Shown: positions 1 to 14,400 of the stretch, in pieces
How the letters are laid out: each line of letters opens with the position of its first letter
Numbering within the stretch: the stretch's first letter is position 1
Source of the DNA: the human T2T-CHM13v2.0 reference genome, Homo sapiens
Direction: 5' to 3' (one strand)
DNA: 64,000 nucleotides
Assembly (NCBI RefSeq): GCF_009914755.1
Contig: NC_060927.1
Position numbers and translations under genes: made by a program
Notes under the pieces: model-generated
What the model was told of the DNA's origin: nothing
Seen by the model: only the letters and a program-made list of their open reading frames with translations
Database searches by the model: none

Positions 1-141
1 TTCTGAACATATTTTTGTAATGAAAATATGTATTGAAAATTTTAAGTCCCAACTTTCTTTACTTATAACTATAGTAAAATCAATAAAAGTTGAAAAATCC
101 TTTATGAATACCCAAAGATATGCAAAATTTATTCTTTCTGT

Positions 142-239
142 CAATATATTTTATGTAAACATAAAGATACATACATACTTATGTATATACAATATATTTT
201 TATGTAAAAATGAAGATATATACATACTTATGTGTATAT
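142..239. repeat. Two-copy ~48 bp tandem duplication
   Basis: caatatattttatgtaaacataaagatacatacatacttatgtatata is followed directly by caatatatttttatgtaaaaatgaagatatatacatacttatgtgtatat. Confidence 0.85.
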
Positions 240-504
240 TTTTTCAAATAAATATTAGAAACGTTTTGATTTTAACAGATTGACTCCAGCAATTTAATCT
301 AATATATTCTTAGTATCTTTCCATCAATTCAAAGACAATCAGAGAATATCAGTATAAAACTACAGGTATCATTTGAAGAAGACTAATAAAGTTTGCAGTT
401 TTGTTAAGATGTATCTCCCTCAGATTTCTTACCACCCAGAATATGAAGTCTGTTGTGCCTGTCCTTACATGATGCCAAAGAATTTCTTTCACATGGGAAG
501 TAGA

Positions 505-1150
505 AGTAATGTGGCAGGGTAGAAAGAAACTTAGATGAGGAATCAGAAGATAGGGGCTTCCATGATAGAGCTGCTGGTTATTACCTGCTCAAATTTGGGC
601 TACTCACCTAACCATTGAGAAACTGAAAGTACTTGAATACTGAGAATGATAGGTGACATGGCTTGGATCTCTGTCCCTGCCCAAATCTCATGTCAAATTG
701 TAATCCCTGATTTTGGAGGTGGGGCCTGGTGGGAGGTGATTGGATCATGGAGGCAGATTTCTCATTAATGGTTTAACAGCATCCGTTTGGCACTGTCCTT
801 GTGCTAGTGAGTGAGTTCTCGTGACATCTGGTCTTTTAAAAGTGTTTAACACCTCCCCACTCCTTGCTCCTGCTCCTGCCATGTGAGATGACTCGCTCAC
901 AATGGTTGGAAGCTTCCTGAGGCCTCCCTAGAAGCAGAAACCACTATGCTTCCTTTGCAGCCTGCAGAACCATGAACCAACTAAACCTTTTTCTTTATAA
1001 ATTACCCAGTTTCAGGTGTTTCTTTATAGCAGTGTGAGAATGCACTAATACAACAGAGTTCCTGTAAAAATCAAATAAAATCATATATGTGAAAGTGCCC
1101 TGAAAACTCTTAATTCATATTAAATAGTATAATATTGTTGTTATTAATAT
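505..1150 (+). mobile_element. MIR SINE remnant split by the MST LTR (pieces ~505-653 and ~1053-1150)
   Basis: MIR-like 5' part (gtggcagggtagaaagaaac...gaatcagaagat) and 3' part (aaataaaatcatatatgtgaaagtgcc...tattgttgttatta). Confidence 0.55.
654..1052 (+). mobile_element. MSTA/MSTB-type MaLR solo LTR
   Basis: Starts tgacatggcttggatctctgtccctgcccaaatctcatg and ends ctttatagcagtgtgagaatgcactaataca; TG...CA termini. Confidence 0.9.
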
Positions 1151-2844
1151 TACCAATAATTTATAGGGAAAAGTAAAAACCTTGACATTGCTGAAGTGTG
1201 AAGTTTGGCCCAGCATGAAAGCAAAACACAACTTCTAATGAGGTTGAGATACTGTCCCTCTTTGGCCAAAGTTTTCTTTGCAGAAAATTTAAGGTGTAGT
1301 TCAGGTGCCAATATGTTGTAAGCACAATTTATATTGTGTAAATGGAGAAGAACATAAAATGAGTGTCATATTTCTGAAAAATATTTGAATATGTTCAATA
1401 ATTAAAATAAAGATGTCTAATGTGTTAAAGCAAACTCAGTGTTTAGCAAGCAAGACATTTGTTAATTATCACAGCTAGCAATTACTGAATGCTCATCAAA
1501 TGAAGGCACTCATAAAATTAAACATGTTGAAATAGGTCTTAAAAAATTCCTGACTACAAATAATTATATAAAACCATCATTGTGGTGATTATTTATACAT
1601 AGTTCTTTCATTTAATCTTTATCATATACTATTGAGGCATACAGTATCATTATATATTTTGTATTAATCCAAAGAACTTGATAGTTATAACCCATTTTAA
1701 TTATTATAAGACTACTACATAAAGAGGTTAAATTACTTTCCCAAGGTTGTAAGGTGAAAGTGTAATTAGACTGTAGGAACCTTATCCAAAAGCTTCTAAT
1801 CATTTGTAGAACTAACGCCCTGAGAACTCATCACACTCAAACAAATAAACAACTAGATTTAAGTTAGGATAAAGGTGAGAAAAAACCTAGGTGGTTTCCA
1901 GAAATTTCACCTTATGTTCTGTGATCTCCATGTGGGAGGTGTCAGTTAATTTTACCATCTACGAAAGCATTTTGAGAGGGTGCAGTGAAATAAAAATATA
2001 GTAATTTTTAATTTTTCTATTACTCTAGTCTTCAAAAATAGCAATCAAAGAGAGAAGTAACATTAGACATGTTGAAATAGATCTTTAAAAATTCTTTACT
2101 AAAAATAATGATATAAAGTATATGACATGAAAAAGAAAATCTACTGTTTAGCTGGTCAACTCTTTCTCAAAATACTTGAAAGAGTATATAATTGTTTTAC
2201 AGTGAACTTCTCAACAATATTTATATTCATAGAAGAAAAATTTGAAATAATATAAAAGTTCCAACATTTTTGCCAAATCTCAAATAACATTTTAATTTTC
2301 TGCATTTTATCCAGTTTTAAATCCTCTGAGGTTTCATTCCAGATTCAACTGTAAAACAAGACAGACTTTGCAGCCAAGTCTTTTTTTTTTTTTTTTTTTA
2401 ATATAGTCAGCAGCCAGCTTATCTAAGGAGGCTATCTACTCTTGATCCACTGACTGTATCTTTGGTGATATCTGGCATTCTGAAATGGAATTCTGAAAAC
2501 TGGTCCAGAAATTCTACTCTGGAATAGCATTTGGTAGGAGCAAAATGATGTGGCTTAGATAGCAAATAACCCTAGGGGATTTTCTAGGCCAACTCTGAGA
2601 GTCTGGTGAATATGGGAAACTTCCTGAAACCATGCCTGCTCTCCAAAGTACTTTATACCTTTTGAGGTGTTCCTGTCTACCTTATCAATGGGAAATAGGA
2701 AATTCAAGAAGGGGAATATGTGAAAGGCAGTAATGGATTGAATCTCTCATCTCTCCCTCTGGCTTCCTCTGCACTGGTTATGAACAACAACTTCCCGCAC
2801 TTCTTATTTATCTGGTAATTTATTTTCTCTTTAATTTTGAAATG

Positions 2845-3460
2845 CAGATTTGATGAACATGAGATTGATGGACTTTTTTGTTGTTTGTGTCAGGATTTTG
2901 ATTGTATTAGCTCTCTGCATTCTGATCTGCTTTGTTTTTCATGAGAAGTTAGTTGTTAGTCTTATTGTGGTTCTCTTGTACACAGTGAGTCATTTTACTC
3001 TTGTTCTTTTGAAATTTTCTTTGTCTTTGGCATAAAACAATTGTACTGTGATATTCTGAGAATTAATCTTTGATTTTAATCTACCTTAATTTCGTTGAGC
3101 TTTTTGAGTATATTTACAGTATAACATTTACATAATGTTTCTCAGCAAATTTGGAAAGTTTTCAAGCATTATTTCTCTGGCCTTCTTTCTTCATGTTTCT
3201 TTTCTTTTTTTTCTAGTAATCCTTTCATATGTACATTAATGTACTTAATGGTATTCCATATTTGTTTGAGGCACTGTTTATTTATTTTTTATTCATTTTA
3301 CACTGTTTTTTAGATTGCATGAATTTTGTTGATCTATAATCAAGTTTGCTGATTTTTTTAACTTTTCACTTCGAATCTATCATTAATTCCTCTAGTGCAG
3401 TTATTGTTTCAGTCATTATATATTGGAACTTCAGAATTTCCATTTGGTTTCTTTTCCTAT
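2845..3460 (-). mobile_element. Ancient L1M (L1MD/ME-type) ORF1-region fragment
   Basis: T-rich antisense L1 wording, e.g. catgagaagttagttgttagtcttattgtggttctcttgtac and caaatttggaaagttttcaagcattatttct. Confidence 0.65.
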
Positions 3461-3469
3461 TAATACATT

Positions 3470-3875
3470 AGCCTCCTTTCTGCCCCTTGAACTCTCCAGG
3501 CCTACTCCTGCTCGAGGGCCTTTGTGCTTGCTTTTCTTTGTAATACACGTTTATCCCAGAAATACATGTTGTTTGCTCTCATAATTATTTTAGGTGTTTT
3601 CCAAGTATCATCTTGGCCATTTTATTTCAAATATATCCTATATTATTCCTGTTCTTCCTATTATTATTATTCTGTCTTAATTTTTCTATCTATTACCGTG
3701 TTATACACTATGCATCCTCCCGATGCCTTTGTCTGTTATCCTGCTTCCTCCACTAGACTCCAAGTTTCCTTGGGGCAGGAATTTGTCTCTGTTTTATTGG
3801 CTTCTATATCTTCACCACCACAAATAGTACTTGGAACTTCTTAGGATTTTATACATATTTTTGAAGGAATAATAT
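3470..3875 (+). mobile_element. L2 LINE 3' end
   Basis: agggcctttgtgcttgct...ccactagactccaagtttccttggggcaggaatttgtctctgtttt...atttttgaaggaat. Confidence 0.7.
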
Positions 3876-5401
3876 AACCTTTCTAAATATAAAGAATATT
3901 TGAGTAGATCACTATTTTCCTTTTTGAAAGTCTGTTACCATATTTAATTAACTGACTCATTACTACAAACAGAAGTGAAACATCATATTCTGAGCTATTT
4001 CTTCCTTTTTGGTCTTCTTAACTTTCACCTCTAATATAGATTTAAAAAAAATAGAAAATTGGAAATATAACTAAAACCTTAGAAATACTTATAAAAATTA
4101 TCAAATTATCCAACATTTAAAAATGACTTCCCAATTTTCCTCTGTTATCTACAGTGTCTTAAATGTTACCTAGATGTTTATATAAATTAAGCATATATTT
4201 ATATACATATATATATTCAAGTTAATAAATATTCCCTTTACCAGCACTAAACTTAAGTAAATACACTTGTTTTCTACTTAAGATTCTGTCACAAACTAAC
4301 TATCCTCAGAAAAGTCACTTACTGTCTCTGGATTTCAAATAACTCATGAAGAAAATATAGAAGAAACAAAGAAAAAATGTATAATATTTTCCATTCCAAG
4401 ATGCTTTGAGTCTATCCAGATGATTTGCGAGTGACTATATCTTATAATTCCTTATTATTTGAGCAAGAAAGAAAATCTAATTGAGAGCAACATAGTTTGA
4501 TATATTTTAAATAAGTATATACTGACATGGAGAATAAAGGCTTCTGTTTCTGTTCTTGTTTGGTTTGGTTTGATTTATATTTTTCAGTAGCGACAGAAGC
4601 CTAAAACAGTTTATTGATTATATTTTGAAAAGGCTTTCCAGTGTAAAATTATCTAATTGATCGTTGTGAAACAGGAATTAGTAACAGGATAGTGACCACT
4701 GTATTCAATGTGACACTGTTCTGTCAATTTGCTCTTAATGCATTTACCTTTCTAAACAAGAGGACAAGAAGCCAGAACAAATTTGTGAATAAGAAAACAA
4801 ACAAAGGAAGCAATTGAAACCCATAAATACTGATAACCAGTTATGGAAAAATAAAATTATTGTTATAATTTATGTTACGCCTGACCCACTGATCCGGATG
4901 GCAAAGAAATGCCTGAATCAATAAAGCAGACTGTGTTTTCTTCTATTTCCTGAGTTCATAATTGTCATTTCTCATTCTTTATCTGAATGTTGTTGCTAAT
5001 TAATAGCTCTAAAACTGTTCTATAACAAATTTCTCCATCATTTGCATAGATAAGTCGATAAAGTACTGAGTTAAGTTTCTGGCTTCTGAATCTTTATCAG
5101 TTGTTGAACTCAGCCTGATGTCTTATAAAGAATAATGGAAGTGGGCAAATAAATTAAGTCAACTTGCAAAGTTACATTAAGTGAACTTGCAAATTTAAAA
5201 CATACATATAAAAAATATTTCTTATGGAATCCACAGAAAACATCCCAGTTAGCACCAGCAGAAGTGTAAACCATACCCATACCTTGAAGAATAATGAAAA
5301 ACAAGTTGTTATCTTATCAGTAATATGCTGCAGTTTTATATCTGTGGCCCAATTATGTTGTAAAACCAACTCATTCCGTACAGAGACATCTATTGTATAA
5401 A

Positions 5402-5590
5402 GAGTGGTCTGGAACCTCAGTGGGCATCAGAATCACTTGGAGGGCTTATTAAAACACAGGTCACTGGGCACTCCCCCAGAGTTTCTGAACCAGTAGGTCT
5501 AGTATAAGGCCCAAGTACTTGCTTTTCTTAGCAAGTTCCCAGGTAATGCCGATGCTGCTGATCCAGGGATCAAAGTTTGGTTATCAACAA
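5402..5590. mobile_element. MER5A (hAT-Charlie) DNA transposon
   Basis: gcatcagaatcacttggagggcttattaaaacacag...caagttcccaggtaatgccgatgctgctgatccaggga. Confidence 0.8.
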
Positions 5591-6074
5591 TCTGAGTTGT
5601 GCAGTTATAGTTTGGAAAAAAATGTTAAAGGTATTAAATCAATTTCTCTAAGTCAAATGTTAATCATCTTTAAATTTATTATTAAGTTTGAGCAACTACC
5701 ATGTGTCAGACATGGAGGTAGATGCCAGCAATATGCTGGTTAGATAATCTCCCTCAAGAGGTTCATGGTAAGGAAAGACATGTGACAAGATAATTACTGT
5801 GCAGTATTTTCACAGAAGGATGCACAGGGGCTTTAGACTGATGGTCTATTGAATATTCTCAAATAGCACAGCATGTCCAGGAGTGGGTATTTAAATGTAT
5901 TACTCTGTCCTGAGTATGTTAGTAAGTGATTACAGTAACTCAAGCCAGAAACAGTGATGATTCTTAATACCTTTCCGTTTTCCCAGATTGCTTTGAGTTT
6001 AAAATAAAATGCTTTAAAATGGTGAAAAATAACTCTGAATGATTGGCCAACTACTGAGTTGCACAAGATCAGAG

Positions 6075-6290
6075 CACCAGATCCCTCCTTTCCCCCAGTC
6101 CCCCAGCTTTTGTTTTCTTACACATTGTTACATTTCTTCCATGCTATATAAACCCCTAGTTTTAGTCAGTCAGAGAGATGGATTTGAGGCTGAGCTCCCA
6201 TCTCCTCAGCTGCAGCACCTGTCTCAGTCATTGGCTTTCTGTGCAGGGAGCAGCAGTACCTAGACCAAACCCTGGTATTTTGGTAAAACA
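6075..6290 (+). mobile_element. ERV1 LTR 3' fragment (MER31-like)
   Basis: tgctatataaacccctagttttagtcagtcagagagatggatttgag...cctagaccaaaccctgg; homologous to the reverse complement of the LTR at 62179-62646. Confidence 0.7.
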
Positions 6291-9069
6291 AGCTTCAATT
6301 TAATGATCTTTCCTAGCTACATACATTGAATGAGTGAATAAATGAAAAAAAGGAAAAACAAATACTCACGTCGATCTTGCCATGCAGCATGCTTGTGGTA
6401 TCTACTGGTTCCCATTATTGGTTTTCTTCTCTTTGAGAGCATTGACTTAAACTTATACCATTAAATAATACTTACATTTAAAAAACTTATCTTCATTTTA
6501 CTGAATTTAATTTCATTGTAACATTTTTTGTTATCGTTGTTGAAATATTATCTACTACATTTCACCTGTCCAGAAAATGGTATCATCAGCAATTTAATGG
6601 GTATGCTATCCCTCAGAATCACTATTGATTGTATTAAACAATGAGAATGAGCTCAAAGATGAAAAACTGACTTACGTTTGGTGTCTATACTCACATTTTG
6701 CTTTTTTGAGAAAAAGAGAGGCCACTGCAGTGTGGATTAGTTCAACATGTTTATTGAGAGGGCTACAGTTTAAACTTTTAATATATTTGATCTCAAATTT
6801 GGAGTTAAGTGTCATATACATCAGACTTCTGCAATGATAGCAGGGCTGTAGAGTCACTCCACAGAAAACGTTATTAAATAGACCTCCACTTTTGAGAAAC
6901 AAAATGACTATTGTGGGTGTTAGCAAATAAGGATGATCTTTCCATTTCTTCTCTTCTTTTATTTGCCAAATAAAATAAACAAACAAAGGTATCTAAATTT
7001 AGAAAGCTTTTCAGCATCCCTCTGTTGCAGTGATTTTAGATAAACGTCAATCCTATTCATACAAGGAGGGTGTTCAAAGAAGCTGGGAGAAAATGTGAAG
7101 ACAATCATGAAGGCCTTTTTGTACTCTGATCTTTCAGCTAGAGGTCCAGAGATAATATTTAGAAAAATGAGACAGAGTTTTAAAATAATCTTGATAAGTG
7201 ATCTTTTAAAAAAAATTGGTAGGTGGAGACAGTTGAGAAGAAATTTTTAAAATCCCTTGAAAAACTACTGATTCTAGGTGGATATTTGGACAAATATAAC
7301 CAGTGACCAGAACACAACAGATGCCAATAACATTAAGACCCTGAAAGCAGGGGATGCAGCCCATGGAGCTCTGGAAGATGAAAGGTTTGCTCTAATCCCC
7401 CTCCATGAAAGCAGACTTTCTACAGAGAGGAGATTTTAGTCCTGGGAGCATGAAACTTATAAAGAAAGGTTGTTATTTTCTTTTATTTTCTTCCACACCA
7501 TCTTTCCCCACTGTACCCTGAAGACAGACAAGATCTATGAGAGTCTAGTGAGAAAATAAGTAATATCCAGTATGATATATGGAAGGAAAGTGATAAAAAG
7601 AATTAATAATTCTGCTTTATGTTAAAAAAAGACACTTTTGCAAAAGTGGGTTCCACTGTGCCCACCATTCAATAAGCAATTGATATTTTTACTAAAATAA
7701 TACATGAGGCTGGCAAGACAGAGAACTGCTAAAACTAGAATATTCCAGCATCTATTTTTAATAGTCTTTTGCAAACTTAATTTCCCACTGTTCTTAATAT
7801 GAACTATGTTCACTAGTATGATTGTACCACTTACTGCCCCACAAACAAAATTTAGCAGAACATCATCTGCATGATCTTAGAATTCTTCTTATATATTTAA
7901 TAGTACTCCTTTCAAATAATTCCTTAGTCTTCCAAGAAGTCTTCTGGGATGACAAATAATCTGTATTTTTTCTCTAAAATCCATGCTACTCACTGCCAGG
8001 ACCAGTCACTGGGCAAGCAGAACACAGGACTCATGTCATTTGATATCTTCCAATGTACACAGCCCACATTCCACTGAGAAACTCTCAACCCAAACTTCAT
8101 TAGTTGGTTAGCAACTTAGAGTTTAAGTAAAGAGTAATAAATTATAGTTGTTTTACTTTTAATTTGATTTCAAGAAATGGTTCCTTTGCTGACTTGCTTT
8201 CCTTTTCTGCCCTAGAGGAAGGATTCAAAAGTATACTTTCTCAGCTTTTACTTATATACTTTTTCACATGCCACCTATAAAAAGCATGTTTAAGTTCTTA
8301 TTTTGGTGCCAATCTCCAACAGCCTAAGGAACATTTTTTTGGGGGGATACTAGAACATCATCTTAAGAACAACTTATTTAAATCCATCACTTCAATATAT
8401 TCCTGAACTGATTTTTTTCTCAAAAAACATTTGTCTTAATGCACTACCTCGCAGCAATGTCATATAACATTTGACTCACTTTCTCTTCAATGGAAGTAAA
8501 TGCTTGCCAGGTTTTCTAGGCAAACAGTACTTATATTTCTTAATTTAATTTTTAAAGTATTTTAAGTAATGTGTAATATAGCATAGCATTGTTCACATTT
8601 ATGTAACCACTACCCCAGGCCAGTAACAAAATTTACCATATTTCTAAAAGTCCCTTTGTGATTTCTTTCAATCATTATTTTCTACTTCTTCATAGTGGTT
8701 ATAAAAAATCTGACATTAAAAGCCACAGATAGGCTTTCTCTGTGTTTATATCATACATAAACTACACAGTATGTATTATTTAATTTTATGTCCTCTTTTT
8801 CTCAATACATTTGTGAGATTAATCCACATCATTATGGATAGCAATAGAAAATAAAATAGTATTTTTAAACATGTTTTTAAAAAATGTTTCTAGATTTAGC
8901 TCCTCAGTATCGTCTTTTGGATTTTTCGCTTCATATTATGAGACAGATTGGTCTATGTTTTTCTTTCTTGTAATGTCCTCATCAGGTTCTGTTATTGGTT
9001 ATACTTGTCTCATGAATTAAGTTGAAAATTATGCAACGTTGTTTATATCCTGAAAAAATCATGTATATA

Positions 9070-10270
9070 CTTTTAAATTTATTTTTATGTGTACATAGAA
9101 GTGCATATATGTATTGGTATATGAGATATTTTGTTACAGGCATGCAATGTGTAATAACATCAGGATAAATGGGATACCCATCACCTCAAGCCTTTATTAT
9201 TTGTGTTACAATCATTCCAATTATACTCTTCTAGTTATTTTTAAAGGTACAATAAATTATTGTTGACTATAGTCACCCCACTGTATTATTAAATACTAGA
9301 TATTACTTTTTTGTTTTAACTATATATTTATAGCCATTGGTATTGTTTGAATCTGTGTCCCCACCCAAATCTCATGTTTAAATGTAATCCCCAGTGCTGG
9401 AGGTGGAGCCTGGTGGGAGGTAATTGGATTATGGGGGCAGTTTCTAAGGGTTTACCACCATCCCCCTAGCACTATTCTCATGATAGAGCTCTCACAAGAT
9501 CTGATAGGTTAAAAGTGTGTAGCATCTCCCTGCTCTCGACTCTTCCTCCTTCTCCAGCCAGGTAAGACATGCATGCTACTCCTTTGCCTTCCACCGTGAT
9601 TGAAAATTTCCTGAGGCCTCCCCAGAAGCCATCATGATTTCTGCACTGCCTAAGGAAACATACAGCATGAAACAATCAAACCTTGCATTTCTTTACAGCA
9701 ATGCAAGAACGGACTAATACAGAAAATTGGTACTAGGGGCAGGGTATTGTTATAAAGATACTTGAAAATATGGAAGTGACTTTGGAGCTGGGTATCAGGC
9801 AGAGATTGGAAGAGTGTGGAAGGCTCAGAAGAAGATAGGAAGATGAGGAAAAGTTTGGAACTTCCTAGACACTTGTTCAATAGTTGTGACCAAAATGCTG
9901 ACAGTGATATGGACAGAGATGGCCAGGCTGATGAAGTCTCAGATGGAAATGAGGAACTTACTGGGAACTTATAGCAATGTGAGAACAGATGAATACATCC
10001 ATTAACTATTCCTGCTTCTCTCCACTTCAGCCCACTAGCATTTCCTGCTTCTGGTAATCATCATTCTACTCTCTATCTCCATGAGTTCAATTGTTTTAAT
10101 TTTTAACTTCCACATATGAGTGATAACATGCAAAGATTACCTTTGTGTGCCTGGCTTATTTCACTTAACACAGTGTACTCCACTTCCATCCACGTTGTTG
10201 CAAATGACAGGATCTCATTGTTTTCTGTGGCTGGATCATATTCTATTATGCATATGTACCACCCTTTCTC
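9070..10270 (-). mobile_element. L1MA 3' end, interrupted by an MST element
   Basis: L1MA 3' UTR wording (tacaggcatgcaatgtgtaataa...catcacctcaagc), resuming after 9997 (ctctatctccatgagttcaattg). Confidence 0.8.
9338..9997 (+). mobile_element. MST MaLR element: 5' LTR 9338-9721, internal stub ~9722-9969, last ~28 bp of 3' LTR
   Basis: LTR ends ggactaataca; MST-int start gaaaattggtact; second LTR end atagcaatgtgagaacagatgaataca; 5-bp TSD gccat/tccat. Confidence 0.85.
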
Positions 10271-11063
10271 TTTTATTTTCAACTTTTATTTTAGATACAG
10301 GGGGTACAAGTTCAGGTTTGTTACATGGGTATATTGTATGATGTTCAGGTTTGGGGTGCAGATCCCAATACCCATGTAGCACCCAATAGGTAGTGTTTCA
10401 ACCCACAGACCTCTACCTCCCTCTCTCCCCAGGAGTCATCAGTGTCTTATTCCCATGTTTATGTCCATGTGTGCTCAATGTTTAGCTCCCACTTATAAGT
10501 GAGAACATGTGGTATTTGGTTTTCTGTTCCTGCATTAGTTTGTTTAAAATGATGGCCACTAGCTGCATCAGTGTTGCTGAAAAGGACATGATTTAATTAT
10601 TTTTCATGACTGTGTAGTATTTCATGGTATATATGTATCACATTTTCTTTATCCAATCCAACATTATTGGGCACCTAGATTGATTCCACATCTTTGCTCT
10701 TGTGAACAACACTGCCATGAAAACACAAGTGCATGAATTTTTGGGGTACAATGATTTATTTTCCTTTGAATACATACCCAGTAATGGGATTGCTGAGTCG
10801 AATAGTAGTTCTAAATTATTTGAGACATCCTTGCACTGCTTTTTACAGTGGCTGGACTAATTTACATTCTCAGCAACACTGTGTAAGCATTGGCTTTTCT
10901 CTGCAGCATCTCCAGCAACTGTTGTTTTTTTGACTTTTTAAGATTAACCACGCTCACCGGCATGAGATAGTATTTCATTGTGGTTTTGATTTGCATTTCT
11001 CTGGTGATTAGTCATGTTGGGCATTTTTTCATGTTTCTTGGCTTCTTGTAGGTCTTCTTTTGA

Positions 11064-11414
<351 letters not shown>

Positions 11415-14400
11415 CCATTTTTTAATAAGATTTTTTTTTTTTTTTTGCTTTTGATTTGTTTAAGATCCTTACAGATTCTGGATATTAAACCTTGGTCAAA
11501 TATAAAGTTTGTAAATATCTTCTTCCATTTTGTAGGTTATTTTGTTATTAATTTTGCTGTGCAGAGGTTCTTTAATTAAGTCCCACTTGTAAATTTTTGG
11601 TGTTGTTGCAATTGCTTTTGGAGATTTAGCCAAAAATTCTTTCCCAAGGCCAATGTCACGAAGGATACTTCCTAGGTTTTCTTCTAGGATTTTTATAGTT
11701 TATGGTCTTACATCTAAATTTATCTTTCATCTTTAGTTAATTTCTGTATATGGTGAAAGGTAGTTGTCCAGTTTCAATCTTTGGCATATGGCTAGCCAGT
11801 TATCTCAGTGCCATTTATAGAATAGGGTGTTCTTTCCCTATTGTTTGTTTCTGTTTAGGCCTTGTTGAAGATCAGATGGGTGTGGGTGTATAGCTTTATT
11901 TGTGAGGTTTTTTTTTTTTCCTGTTTCATTGGCCTATGTGTCTGTTTTTGTACCACTATCATGCTGTTTTGGTTACTGTAGCTGCATAGTATAGTTTGAA
12001 GTTGGGTACTGTGACACCTCCAGCTTGGTTCCTTTTGCTTAGGATTGCTTTGGGTATTTGGGCTCTGTTTGGAGTCATATGAATTTTAGAATAGTTTCTT
12101 TCTAATTCTGTGAAGAATGACATTGGTAGTTTGAAAGAAATAGCATTGAATCTATAAACTGCTCTGGGTAGTATGGCCATTTTAATGGTATTGATTCATT
12201 CAATTCATGAACATGAAATTTTTTTTCATTTGTTCACTTCATCTCTGATTTCTTTCAACAGTGGCTTGTAGAGATCTTTCACCTACTTTGTTAGTTCTAT
12301 TCCTATGTATTTAATTTTCTTTGTGGCTATTGTAAATAGGATTGTGTCCTTGATTTGACTCTTAGCCTGGATGTTATGTACATTGATTTTGTATCCTGAA
12401 ATTTTACTAAAGTTGTATATAAGTTCTAGGAGGCTTTTGGCGAAGTCTCTTGGGTCTTCTAGGTATAAAATTATATCATTCATGAAGAGAGATAGTTTGA
12501 CTTCTTCTTTCCTAATTGGATGCTTTTTATATCTTTCTTTTGCCTGATTTTTCTTGGTAGTACTTCCAGTACTATGTTGAATCAGAATGGTGAGAGTGGG
12601 CATCCTTGTTTTGTTCCAGTTCTCAAGGGGAATGTTTCCAGATTTTGCTCATTTAGTGTAATGGTGGCTATGGGTATGCTATAGACGACTCATTATTTCA
12701 AGATATGTTTCTTCAATGCCTACTTTGTTTAGGGTTTTTTAATAATCATAAACGGATGGTGGACTTTATCAAAAGGTTTTTCTATGTCTATTGAGATGAT
12801 CATATGATTTTTGCTTTTAATTCTGTTCATATGGTGAGTCAGATTTATTGATTTGTGTATGTGGAACTTGCCTTGTATCCCAGGAATAAAGCCTATTTGA
12901 TTGTGCTTTATTAAGTTTTTGATGTGCTGCTGGATTTGGTTTGCCAGTATTTTGTGGAGGATTTTTGTGTCTATATTCATCAGGGATATTGGCCTGAAGT
13001 TTTCTTTTCTTATTGTGTCTTTGCCAGATTTTGCTATCAGGATGATGCTGGCTTCAAAGAATGAGTTGAGTAGGAGCCTCTCTTTCTCAATGTTTTGGAG
13101 TAGTTTCAGTAGAATGTGTACCAGGCCTTCTTTGTATGTCAGGTAGAATTCATCTGTGATTCCAAATGTCCCAGGTCTTTTTTTGGTTAGTGGGTTTTTT
13201 AATCACTGATTCAATTTCAGAACTCAATATTGCTGTATTCAGTGTTTCAATGTCTTCCTGATCCAATCTTGGGATATTGTGTGTTTCAAGGAATTCATCC
13301 ATTCCCTCTAGGTTTTTGAATTTCTGTGCATAGAGTTGTTCAGAGTAGTCTCTGAGGAACTTTTGTATCAGTTGTAATGTCATCTTTGCCATTTCTGATT
13401 GTACTTAATGGATCTTCTCTCTTATTTTTCTTTGTTAATCTAGCTAGCAGTCTATTAATCTAGTTTATTCTTTTGAAGAAAGTATGTTTCTTGGTTTCAT
13501 TCATGTTGTGTATGGATTTTTGCATCTGAAATTCATTCAGATCATCTCTAATTTTAGTTATTTCTTTTCTTCTGCTAGCTTTGGGTTTTTTTTTCTAGTT
13601 CCTTTAGGTGCAATATTGGATTGTTAATTTGAGATCTTTCTAACTTTTTGATGAAGGTGTTTAGTGCTACAAATTTTCCTCTTAACACTGCTTTAGCTGC
13701 ATCCCCAAAATTTTGTTAAGTTGCATTCCTATTTTTATTCATTTCAAATAATTTTCTGATTTCTGCTCAATTTCAGTGTTCCCCCAAAAGTTATTCAGGA
13801 GCAAGTTATTTAATTTCCATGTTTTTAAGTAGTTTGATAAATGTTCTTGATATTGATTTCTGTTTCCGTTGAACTGTAGTCCAAGAGTGTGCTTGGTATA
13901 ATTTCAGTGTATTTGAATTTATTGAGACTTGCTTTATGACTGAGAATGTGGTTGATATTAGAATATGTTCCATTTGCAGATGAGAAGAATGTATATTCTG
14001 TGATTGTTGGATGAAGTGATCTGTAGATGTCTATCAGGTCCAACTGGGTAAGTGTCAAGTTTAAGAGTTTTGTTGTTAGTTATCTGCCTTGCTGATTTGT
14101 CTAACACTGTAGGTGGAGTGCTGAAGTCTTCCACTATATTGTGTGACTGTCTAAGTCTTTTCTGGTCAAGAAGAATTTGTTTTATGAATCTGGGTGCTCC
14201 ATTATTGGGTGCATATATACTTAGGTTAGTTAAGTCTTGATGTTGGATTGTATCCTTTATCATTATATAATATCCTGCTTTGTTCATCTTAATTGTTACT
14301 GGTTTAAAGTTTGTTTTATTTGATACTGCTGCCACTTTTTCCTTTCTGTTGGCATGGTAAATCTTTCTCCATCACTTTACTTTGAGCCTGTGGATGTTGT

